Below the pieces are notes generated by a model. That model was not told where the DNA came from and searched no databases. It saw nothing but the letters and a program-made list of their open reading frames with translations. A stretch of DNA of 63,642 bases, counting the filler, from Phoronis australis (Eukaryota; Animalia; Phoronida), in assembly GCA_002633005.1 (NCBI GenBank). It is 6 parts of 6 records of this genome, joined end to end, with 100 filler letters (N's around TTAATTAATTAA, not from the genome) between each part and the next. Parts side by side here need not be neighbours in the genome. Positions count along the whole stretch, not along the records: positions 1 to 27,876 come from NMRA01000278.1; positions 27,977 to 44,604 come from NMRA01000306.1; 4 more parts are not named here. One strand, written 5' to 3'. Below, one piece after another: positions 25,212 to 34,710 of this stretch. The first letter of the stretch is position 1. Every line of letters begins with the position of its first letter. The position numbers were made by a program, and so were the translations under genes.

Positions 25212-26219
25212 CCAATTTCTGGGACATGAAAACCAAAGAAAACCATAATCTGAAAAGAGTAATAAAACTATGTGGGTTATTGAATTTTCAAAACTGGTCA
25301 AGTAATACCAGTTTTGTCAACAAAAACCCCAGCCTTGAATCCTTCACAGGAAAGTACTTTCCAGCAGGGCTTATCAGCTAATTATACGAATCACCAACTC
25401 AAAATAAAAGCTGGGCAGAAACAATGTGAATAAAACCCATTGCTATGAAGGGTGTTCAAAGGCCATGTTCACAACATGCGGACAGCTCAGGCGTCAGACC
25501 TCCTTTTTGTGACTGACGAGAATGAGGGGGAATTACCAGGAAAGATTGTAAAATAGCTCAGCCACTAATTAGAATTTTACCACCATTATACGTCAATCAT
25601 AACTAGTCACCTTTTTTGCGCAGAATTAGCCTTCATAAAAGAGAAACGAGAATTTCATCTGCTTTTGTCGTCTGCGGTATTGGAGGAAGCAATGGTATGA
25701 TTAGCTACTCGGCAATGGAGACCATACCAAGCACACGGCTTCTCTACAATTATTGCTTCATGCATTTTGGGATTGACCAAATCCTGCTGGGAGTGACACA
25801 TTATGCAGCTAATCCCATACTTCATCACGAAGGAGTCGGGGGAATGCACTTTTGATACTACCCCTGTTATTAAAGTTACAAAGACCCCTGCAGTTGCACT
25901 TTGATGGAACGGTGAGTGCACATGTGCCGCTCAAGTGACTATGGTTCTCACCCATTTCGACTTCGAAATGGGCCAATTTGTGAGTCACGTTTTGACATGG
26001 GTTTTAAAATTGATACGAGCATGTTTTTTCATGATTCATATGCATTGAAAACAAAGATTTACACCATTGTCTCATGCAGACACATCACCCAGACTCAAGT
26101 ATTTGAGACCCCCCGGGGACGAAGACGCTGACTAAACATAAAGCTGAGAAAAGTTCAGGAGTAAACCTTCAACAAACTGTCAGTAGGTCAACGCCTCAAA
26201 GCAGAAGCTCAGCCTATAC

Positions 26220-26378
26220 CTGTGCGTTGGACAAATACGGCTTATCGTTGAATGGTTGTGGCGCCACCTGGGCTACACTGAGCTCAGTCGGATTAAGCTC
26301 AAAGTCAACAGCGACCTTTCTCTTACGGCGGGTGTTGGAGAACGATTTACTTTCAAGAGTGGTCCACATTTGGCACAG
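26220..26378 (-). CDS. Gene B exon with furin site (LCQMWTTLESKSFSNTRRKRKVAVDFELNPTELSVAQVAPQPFNDKPYLSNAQ); absent from the ORF track
   Basis: aatttcag acceptor and CAG|gtatag donor; 53 open codons, phase 0-0; RRKR; NDKP leads into the cadherin-like module. Confidence 0.8.
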
Positions 26379-26824
26379 CTGAAATTGGAAGCATTGAGAG
26401 TCAGCAAAAGTTAATATTTAGCACTAAGCAGACTCGGACGGGACTGAAGTACCGACTTCAATGGATGTTCTAGAATATTCCCTTTACAAACACTGGTTAA
26501 AACTAAAAATGTTCCATTTTTCATTAACTTTACTGTAATAATGAAACATTTCTTTAATGCATATGCAAGTATACACCTCAGCATGACATCATGATTTGCC
26601 ATTAATTCTCTACTTTCCAACTCAAGTGATGTCCACCAGAGGGCAGTGACCTATAGACTTGTAGCAGACTGTTGGTGATGTTTGACCGTACACTGCTAAA
26701 TGACCAGTTGCCAACCAGTCAGACAAAAAAATGAAACCTGTACTGTAAATTAATGTTACAGGCCGTGCAAAGATTAAGAAAATGCCATTATCATAGGTAA
26801 ATACAGGGTTTTACTAGAACGTAC

Positions 26825-26922
26825 TGTTACAGTAATGGTAGTAGCATTCCAATCTATGTGCTGTTGATAGTTCTTGGTACAAGATCCACATGACTCGCAT
26901 GCCTCTTTGATTTTGCCTGCAA
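26825..26922 (-). CDS. Gene B exon (IAGKIKEACESCGSCTKNYQQHIDWNATTITVT)
   Basis: ctctttcag acceptor; donor gtacgt (alternative in-frame gtaaca 6 nt upstream). Confidence 0.75.
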
Positions 26923-27113
26923 CTGAAAGAGAAAAGAAGACAGTAATTAGTTTTCTACAGTTCACTGCACTTTTAAAATGTACAAAATGGAAAACACTGC
27001 CAGTAGCATATGGGATGCGACACCATGAATAATAATCAATTACTGATTGTTGAGTCATGGGGGAAACTGCGACCTAACAAAAAAATTATAACCAGAACTT
27101 TGGGGAATGAATG

Positions 27114-27114
<1 letters not shown>

Positions 27115-27148
<34 letters not shown>
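27115..27148. repeat. (ATT)n microsatellite
   Basis: Direct reading. Confidence 0.95.
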
Positions 27149-27149
<1 letters not shown>

Positions 27150-27334
27150 TTTAAGAACAACATGAAATCCAACAGTTTTCTAGAAGTCGTTCTATAATCA
27201 GTGCCTCTGTGTTGCAAACAAAAACACTTTTTCTTCACAATAAACTAAACCGATTTACTAATCCCAAAACATACAAGAATAAAAAGGGAAATTGGCTTCC
27301 AGGCCTTTGTGGACTATGTGCTTCAAAATCTTAC

Positions 27335-27471
27335 TTGGATCATAATACAGTACTGTGGGTATCTCATCATCAGCTAGTGTGGAGTTGTCGAACCATAATG
27401 TGGCTATTATGTACTCCAACTGAGTTTCAGCGGTTCCAGAGACAAACCACGCCTTTATCACCGTGTTGACT
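27335..27471 (-). CDS. Gene B most 5' exon visible (VNTVIKAWFVSG...DDEIPTVLYYDP); gene continues into the gap
   Basis: ttttag acceptor and A|gtaaga donor; phase 1 matches the next exon. Confidence 0.75.
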
Positions 27472-27876
27472 CTAAAATTTAGAAATTAAAATGATAAGGT
27501 CAACAGTGGCCTTTTGGTAGGTGACATCTATTGTAGCTTGTCCCTTCCACCTGCAAAGCACAAACCGGCCGTTAGTAAATGAAGCAACAACTCAAGGCTC
27601 AGAGCTCTGCAAAGTATGCAGAATTCTCTTGAATGAACTTTAATAAAGCATGCACTAATTCTTGGCCTCATTTTGCTCAATACCTGCAATTCATGCTTCA
27701 ATATCAAGGTGGCTTTATACAAACAAGCTGTCAAGTTAAATGTGAGCAAACATTAGGACTTCTTGAAACTCCTTTAGTAAAGAGTATTGCCATCAATGTT
27801 GAACATGACAACCTGATTGCACTTACACCGCAGTCACTACCAGTTATGCTTTGAAGTTAAAGAGGGAGGGAGGAGG

Positions 27877-27976
27877 NNNNNNNNNNNNNNNNNNNNNNNN
27901 NNNNNNNNNNNNNNNNNNNNTTAATTAATTAANNNNNNNNNNNNNNNNNNNNNNNNNNNNNNNNNNNNNNNNNNNN
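27877..27976. other. Artificial contig linker (N44-TTAATTAATTAA-N44)
   Basis: Identical 100-bp linkers also at 44605-44704, 55034-55133, 58888-58987 and 62419-62518. The 12-mer places stops in all six frames. Confidence 0.97.
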
Positions 27977-28889
27977 GGGCAAGGCAGAGTTTTAGCCAGG
28001 ATTTTGCCCGCCAGAAATTCGCGCTCCTGAACTGCCAAATGGAATCTGGGAGAATTTTAGGGGGGGCTGGGGCATAGCCCCTTGGCTCCCCTCTACTCTG
28101 CCACTGTTTACTGTCCAGTTAACTGAAATTGAGCTCTAAAACGAGGTTATGCTTTGGACGAAAGAATTAGGTGTTTTAATTTTAAAATTCAACTTGGTCG
28201 AGATTGATATTTGAAAAATATAACTGAAATAGACGTAATTATTAAAACCAAGAAAGCAGAATTGATGGTCATATAATTTTTATTTTCAATTGCGAACCTA
28301 GTTTTTTATCGTAATCAAAATATATATTTAATAACATCAAGTATTATTTCAGATCAATGACAAATCAACTGTTAGTCCCGGTAGTGCCTCACAGCCAGAG
28401 GACGCACGCTATGCTTGAGTGAAGCTAATAGGCCTACTCTTGATAAACAAATTAAACCAGATGAGATTAATTGCTCATGACAGCAAAATGCTATGAGCCA
28501 CCACTGTCGAATATATCTTCAACTCGTCAACAATACGACCAGATGAACTGGTTCATGTAGAAAGCATTTTTATCAAGCATTTATTTGAAGAAACGTAACC
28601 CTGCATTCAGCATGATACCTAATCTGTAACACTACGATCGCTGCAATTTGGTCATGTTTACTTTTCATGTTTCGAACCTAGTTTTCCGGAAAAAAACTAT
28701 ATCCTTTCGACAGACTACTCTTTGGTGCATTGACTTGTTCTTTAACTGTATTTTTCTATGTCTCTGTGGTTAATTATTGACACATTTTTTAAGATTTAAT
28801 ATTCAGGTTGGATTCCAAATACCGGCCATTTAACTCACGCAATGTAAACTTCCGCTTTGTTTATCGCAGTGAGCCTCGCTTTGGATTTT

Positions 28890-29299
28890 AATGTCCGCCG
28901 CGTGAATAGAGTCTATCAGCATCTGGAAGATTATTCCCAATAAGCAAGACAATGTCAGCATGAACAGGGGGCATCAATACACCATCCAAGTGGGACCAAA
29001 CTTTAACATCGTCAGGTGAAAGGATGTGATGTTTACTAACCGGCACACTATGCTTCGAGAAAAGGTCGGGAAAAAACAACAAGTTCACGCTCCGACATGT
29101 CCAAAACCTCCAAGCCAGATGTCTGATAAGTGTCCATGTCATGAGGATAACCCATGCTACGCATAGTAATGCGACGCCTAAGCTCCCTCTCAACACCCAA
29201 GGACTTCACTATATACTCACTACAAAACGAAAATTACTACCTGAGTTCATAAAGGCATATGTAATCAGCGATCTTGAAGAACCAGTCAAACGCGCTTTA
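28890..29299 (-). pseudogene. BEL/Pao LTR retrotransposon protease region, decayed, 3' of the Gypsy insertion
   Basis: ...VKARLTGSSRSLITYAFMNSGS (catalytic D changed to N) and WSHLDGVLMPPVHADIVLLIGNNLPDA; contains stops and frameshifts. Confidence 0.75.
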
Positions 29300-29304
29300 A
29301 CAGG

Positions 29305-29448
29305 TGCTGTAACTTGGTTAGTAAAGTCAGAGAGAAAACTAGTCACGTCTGACAACAACCATGTTTTTATTACCCAACATCCTTAGCTACACCACACCAG
29401 AGACACCAAGTGTCGAACAAGTACACTAGACGCAATCAAGATACTGCA
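29305..29448 (-). repeat. 3' LTR (144 bp), preceded on the minus strand by PPT ggaagggaggga (29449-29460)
   Basis: Identical to 33481-33624. Confidence 0.95.
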
Positions 29449-29518
29449 TCCCTCCCTTCCTAAGTCTAAACTTAACTCTACTTATGAGTTACACACTAAA
29501 CACAAGAGTCAAAGTGCT

Positions 29519-32500
29519 CTACAAGTCAAGTCTATCAGGAGCCTTCACAGTCCGTTGTGAGCGACGAACAACTGGTGTCCCGGTTGGCGGTATATTGTTC
29601 ACCACATCTGGCACGATACCCTGATCTGAAGGTTTATCAATAGAATTATTAACACTAGTGTCTGGTACAAACACAAAATCCTTAGAGTCAGCACTAATGA
29701 ATGAATCTGATTTCAGTTCACGATCTGGTTTCATGCTATGAACAATATGATCAACATGGCGCTTCAGGACACGTCCATCATCCAGCTCAATCAAAAACGT
29801 AACTGGACCACTCTGATCAGCAACTGTTCCGAACAACCATTTTGCATCACCTGAAGCATGATTTTTTACCAAAACTTTGTCACCAACATCGAATGTTCGC
29901 AATCGAGCAGACTTATCATGCTGGCTCTTTTGATCCATTTGTTTTTCCGCCACTTTTGCATTCAAATTGGGCCGCAAATTGTCCAAACGCGATCTGATCT
30001 TCCGAGAATAAAGTATCTCGCACGGCGGTTCACCGGTAGTTGTTTGTGGCGTTAACCGGTACCACATCAAAAACTTTGACACACGCTCACTCAGTGTTTT
30101 ACCACTGACTTTCTTGAGTCCTTCCTTCACAGTCTGAACAGCTTTCTCAGCCATACCATTGGACGACGGATGGTATGGAGAAACAAGGGTATGCTTAACA
30201 GCATTACTGTTTAAGAAGTCCTTGAATTCACGACTGGTGAAACACGTACCATTATCACTGACTATGACACGGGGAACTCCCCTGTCCGCGAAAGATTTCC
30301 GCAATCCATCAATGGTAGCACTAGTTGAAGTTGAATGAGTTATGTGAACATCGATCCATTTTGACTTAGAGTCAATAATAATCAACAGCATTTTCCCTTC
30401 AAATGGACCGGCATAGTCTATGTGCAGTCGTTCCCAAGGCTCACCTGGGAAGACCCAAGGGTGCAGCGGTGCATTCGCTGGGGCTTTCCTACTCTGGCAG
30501 CATGACGAACAACCACGGACGACACGTTCAATCTCTGAGTCCATGTTAGGGTACCACACATAACACCTCGCTAATGCCTTCATTCTAGACATTCCCGGAT
30601 GGGCTTCATGAAGTTCACTGAGAATGTGTGTACGCAATACGGTGGGGATTACTAAACGACAACCCCAAAGTAAACAGCCATCCTCCAAACTCAGCTCGAG
30701 CTTACGATTGTAGAATGGACGAAAATTGTCACCAATGTCCGACGGCCAACCAAATTTCACGAAGTGCACGACTTTCGAAAGAATAGGGTCTCGTGCGGTC
30801 AAACGTTTCACTTCGGCTACGTTTGCACAAGTCGATGACAACTGTTCCTTAAGCCAATTTACACGTCCGGGTACAGCGACATCCGTAGGAGCAGGGTCGA
30901 CCGGTAATCGGCTCAGCGCGTCAGCATTTCTAAGTTTAGAACCCGGTTTATACCGAATCTCATAACAATATGCTGATAGTATCAACGACCAACGCGTTAA
31001 ACGATCTGAAGCCATTTGCGGAATCCCTTTTCTTGTTCCGAAAATATTCATCAAGGGTTTATGATCAGTCTCGATAACAAAGTTTCTTCCATACAAATAC
31101 TGATGGAAATACTTCAACCCGAAAATAATTGCAAGTCCCTCTTTGTCTAACTGACTATAGTTCTTTTCCGCACTGCTTAGAGTTCGTGAGGCAAAAGCTA
31201 TCGGGCGCTCATCTGGATCAGTATGTGCAATAACAGCACCGACACCATACGCAGATGCATCACAGGTGAGTACTATCGGTTTTTCCGGATCATAATGAGC
31301 GAGCACAGTGTCAGAACACAGCAAATCCTTTGATGCACGAAATGCGTCTTCTTGGCGGCTCGACCAACGCCAAGATTTGTTTTTGCGTAATAATTCGTAC
31401 AGAGGTGCAAACTGTGTTGACGCATTGCGAATGTATTTGCCGTAGTAATTTACCATTCCAAGGTAAGCTCTCAGTTCAGACACATTATTCGGCACTGGGG
31501 CATTTCTAATGGCCTCGATTTTAGCATTAGTAGGATGAAGTCCTTGTGCGTCAATACGGTGACCTAAATACTCGATCTCGTCCTGTAAGAAATTACACTT
31601 TGAACGATTTAATGTGAGTCCAGCATCTGACAGCTTTTGCAAAACAGCTTTCAGATTTGCAAAATGTTCATCCCGTGTTTTACCCGTAATGACTATGTCA
31701 TCTAAGTACACTATGACACCGGGTAACCCTTGTAATAACGTGTCTATGGCGCGTTGCCAAATCGCAGGGGCGGACGCGATTCCAAACGCTAGTCGCTCTT
31801 GACAATACAGACCACGATGAGTGTTGATCGTTAGATACTCTTTCGAGCGATCATCAACTTTCATCTGTAAGTAGGCGTTGCTCATGTCCAGTTTTGAAAA
31901 CTGGCTACCAAGAGCTAACTTAGTCTGCAGTTCGTCGATTCTCGGTAATGGGTACTTATCAAGAATTGCAACTTGGTTCACAGTCACTCGATAGTCGCCG
32001 CAAATGCGAATTTTCCCATTAGCCTTTACCACGGGCACAATGGGGGTAGCCCACCTCGAAGATTCCACTGGGCTAATGATTCCCAATGATTCTAATCGAT
32101 CAAGTTCTTCGTCCACTTTATCACGGAGAGCAAAGGGTACCGAGCGAGCCTTGAAAAACCGAGGTTTCACATCGGACGGTATGTGTAAACGTGCTTCGAC
32201 GCCTTTCATGAGACCAAGTTCATCGGAGAATAAGTGAGCAAATGCATTTAACATTTCATCTAAGTCACTAACTTTCGCAGATAACTTGTTAACGACGTTA
32301 CAATCACTCAGGAGACGGTCGCTCCAGTCAGGACCAAGCAAAACAGCTAACCAGTCACGGCCAAGTAAACATGGCCCATCACCAGGGACCACCAAAAATG
32401 ACAAGTCATACTTCTGGCCATTAGCTGTCACGCAAACATCGGCTTTACCGCGCAAATCAAGTTGCTCTTTCGTATATGTATACAGAGTATCATCCGCAGG

Positions 32501-33445
32501 TCTCAGTTTGGGTTTTGCACTTGAATAATGACTATCAAACTGCCTTTGGGTTACAATTGTTCGCGGAGAGCCAGTGTCAAGCTCAAATTGCATAGGATTT
32601 CCATCCACACACATTAGTGTTTTCACAGGTAGCTCAAACTTACCCTTATTATATAAAGTATTTAACAAGGAGCCATTGTCCGCTGACACATGGTTCATAC
32701 GTTTGGTTTTCGATTTCGGTTTCGACGATTTCGAAGGTACAGAACGGTCTGGGCATTTCCGTTGAATGTGTCCCGTTCTGTGGCATCCATGACATTCCGC
32801 GTCTCTGAATCCACATTTGTCTGGGTAGTGTTGACCTCCACAACGAAAACACGGTTTGGGGGGTTTCTGTTGCTGTGGTTTGTGATGTACGTGGTTCACA
32901 CTTGAGGTTGGAGACTGACCAATGCCTAAATCCCTAGCATTGTCTACTGCCATTTCCATGCTTGAGCAGATCTCATGGGCCTTGGAGAAGGTTAGGTCTT
33001 TAATTGCAAACAACCGCTTTTGAATTTCAAAGTTCTCAACCCCACACACAAGCCGATCTCGTAGCATGTCCTCCAGGTTGTTGCCATAATTGCAATGTGC
33101 TGCCAACTCCTGCAACCTACTGATAAAATTTGACATTTTCTCCCCTTTTTCCCGTTTTGCAGAATTAAATTTATATCGTGCAACAATGGGGTTAGGTGTA
33201 GGAGAATAGTGGTTTTTTAACACATCAAGAAGCTCAGAATACGACTTATTCTCTGGTTTAGACGGTTGGATTAAGTTCCTCACCAACTGGTAGGTTTCCG
33301 ATCCACACGAGGTCAAGAAAATGGCGCGCTTCTTGATCATTGTGTCTATGTCATTCGCCACGAAATAAAACTCTAAACGTTCCACATACGATTGCCACGA
33401 TTCCACCGCTTGGTCAAAATAAGACAGAGCACCGTGGACTGCCAT
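29519..33445 (-). CDS. Gag-Pol polyprotein, 1308 aa (Gag, 2 CCHC knuckles, protease LDTGS, RT YLDD, RNase H DAS, integrase HHCC + DDE)
   Basis: Motifs read from the translation; PR-RT-RH-IN order is Ty3/Gypsy. Confidence 0.97.
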   Translation of the reverse strand: MAVHGALSYFDQAVESWQSYVERLEFYFVANDIDTMIKKRAIFLTSCGSETYQLVRNLIQPSKPENKSYSELLDVLKNHYSPTPNPIVARYKFNSAKREKGEKMSNFISRLQELAAHCNYGNNLEDMLRDRLVCGVENFEIQKRLFAIKDLTFSKAHEICSSMEMAVDNARDLGIGQSPTSSVNHVHHKPQQQKPPKPCFRCGGQHYPDKCGFRDAECHGCHRTGHIQRKCPDRSVPSKSSKPKSKTKRMNHVSADNGSLLNTLYNKGKFELPVKTLMCVDGNPMQFELDTGSPRTIVTQRQFDSHYSSAKPKLRPADDTLYTYTKEQLDLRGKADVCVTANGQKYDLSFLVVPGDGPCLLGRDWLAVLLGPDWSDRLLSDCNVVNKLSAKVSDLDEMLNAFAHLFSDELGLMKGVEARLHIPSDVKPRFFKARSVPFALRDKVDEELDRLESLGIISPVESSRWATPIVPVVKANGKIRICGDYRVTVNQVAILDKYPLPRIDELQTKLALGSQFSKLDMSNAYLQMKVDDRSKEYLTINTHRGLYCQERLAFGIASAPAIWQRAIDTLLQGLPGVIVYLDDIVITGKTRDEHFANLKAVLQKLSDAGLTLNRSKCNFLQDEIEYLGHRIDAQGLHPTNAKIEAIRNAPVPNNVSELRAYLGMVNYYGKYIRNASTQFAPLYELLRKNKSWRWSSRQEDAFRASKDLLCSDTVLAHYDPEKPIVLTCDASAYGVGAVIAHTDPDERPIAFASRTLSSAEKNYSQLDKEGLAIIFGLKYFHQYLYGRNFVIETDHKPLMNIFGTRKGIPQMASDRLTRWSLILSAYCYEIRYKPGSKLRNADALSRLPVDPAPTDVAVPGRVNWLKEQLSSTCANVAEVKRLTARDPILSKVVHFVKFGWPSDIGDNFRPFYNRKLELSLEDGCLLWGCRLVIPTVLRTHILSELHEAHPGMSRMKALARCYVWYPNMDSEIERVVRGCSSCCQSRKAPANAPLHPWVFPGEPWERLHIDYAGPFEGKMLLIIIDSKSKWIDVHITHSTSTSATIDGLRKSFADRGVPRVIVSDNGTCFTSREFKDFLNSNAVKHTLVSPYHPSSNGMAEKAVQTVKEGLKKVSGKTLSERVSKFLMWYRLTPQTTTGEPPCEILYSRKIRSRLDNLRPNLNAKVAEKQMDQKSQHDKSARLRTFDVGDKVLVKNHASGDAKWLFGTVADQSGPVTFLIELDDGRVLKRHVDHIVHSMKPDRELKSDSFISADSKDFVFVPDTSVNNSIDKPSDQGIVPDVVNNIPPTGTPVVRRSQRTVKAPDRLDL

Positions 33446-33460
33446 TCTGATCCAAAGTTT

Positions 33461-33473
33461 ATCCTCGTCGCCA
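33461..33473 (-). promoter_or_regulatory. Primer-binding site TGGCGACGAGGAT (complementary to the tRNA-Ser(GCU) 3' end)
   Basis: Lies 7 nt inside the 5' LTR; complement of ATCCTCGTCG-CCA. Confidence 0.8.
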
Positions 33474-33480
33474 ATAAATA

Positions 33481-33624
33481 TGCTGTAACTTGGTTAGTAA
33501 AGTCAGAGAGAAAACTAGTCACGTCTGACAACAACCATGTTTTTATTACCCAACATCCTTAGCTACACCACACCAGAGACACCAAGTGTCGAACAAGTAC
33601 ACTAGACGCAATCAAGATACTGCA
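33481..33624 (-). repeat. 5' LTR (144 bp)
   Basis: Identical to 29305-29448. Confidence 0.95.
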
Positions 33625-33629
33625 ACAGG

Positions 33630-34710
33630 GATCACAGCCATTGTGCAGTCAGGAACTGAAGAGTTGACCTCCTTTCTTGCAGCAGCCGAAGAAACTGACT
33701 CCGACTTCTTACTTCTTATCACCGTCTTCAGATGCGTTCACTGTAAATATATGTAAAACAGAAGGATGACATTTATTACACACACTGCAAGTATGCTTGT
33801 TCTGACATCTACCCTTTAAGTGACCTTTCGTAAGACAGCCAAAACACAAACCGTGCTTCTTGATGAAAGCTATCTTCTCAAGCAGAGGCTTAGACTGCCA
33901 CACAAGACAGTCCATCAAAGCATGAGGTTTCTTGCAAAACATACACTGAGTATTGACTTCAGATTGGCACTCATTTGCCGATTTCTTAGAGCTCTGCTGG
34001 GGCTTGGTAACAGCTTTCTTGCTGACGTTACGCATAAATAAGTCTCCAAAAGATGGGTCATTAACCTTCAAGGACTCCTTCTTGACGAACTTCACCAAGT
34101 CTGCAAAACACACACGTTCAAACTTCTCCTTCCTGTCCAGGACAAGTGATCTCCATTTGTCATGTAGTCTAAATGTAGTCTAAATGGCAGCTTGCCGACA
34201 ACCTTACGGAAGATTTCTGGGTACTCTAAAAAGACATAGCATTTATGTCTTGCACAGCATACATGCACTCAGTCAGCAAAAGGCTCAACTCGTCCAATCC
34301 CTTGGGGTCATCGGGCCTAATGACAGGCCAGCCCATAATCTTGTTGACATAGGAGTTCCCTACAAATTCAGGATCACCAAACCTGCACCTGAACTCACTC
34401 ATGCGTAGTAGGTCTCCCTGGGGTCTAAGAATCTAAGCCCTTTCACTATCTTGTTGGCACCCCCAACGGTAAAAGCGTCTAGGTACTCTAGCTTTTCCGC
34501 GTAACTTTCAGTGTTAGCACACACGCGCATGTCGAACTGCTGTACAAATGTCCGGTAAGTAAGTGCATTGCCCGCAAACTTATCAATTTCAACTGTAGGT
34601 GCCTTTAAATGCTTAATTATCGCGTTCATTCTGAGAGAATCATGCAGAACAGGAATGTCACTCAACACGTTTTCAGCATGAGAGGCATCTATAGATAACT
34701 CTGAATTCAA
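33630..34710 (-). pseudogene. BEL/Pao gag remnant (DUF1759-like + three Zn knuckles)
   Basis: LKAPTVEIDKFAGNALTYRTFVQQF...EKLEYLDAFTVGGA; CMFCKKPHALMDC, CFGCLTKGHLKGRC, CSVCNKCHPSVLH. Stops and frameshifts lie between the pieces; the 5' limit may extend to ~35270. Confidence 0.85.

Larger units (their letters stand above)
29305..33624 (-). mobile_element. Full-length Ty3/Gypsy LTR retrotransposon (Mag/K02A2.6-like)
   Basis: Identical 144-bp TG...CA LTRs, 5-bp TSD ACAGG (29300-29304 and 33625-33629), PBS, PPT and one uninterrupted ORF. Confidence 0.97.

Noticed and set aside
27921-27932. TTAATTAATTAA palindromes between N runs (five places)
   Set aside because: Identical 100-bp all-frame-stop assembly linkers, not biological. 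They also make cross-contig synteny unreliable.
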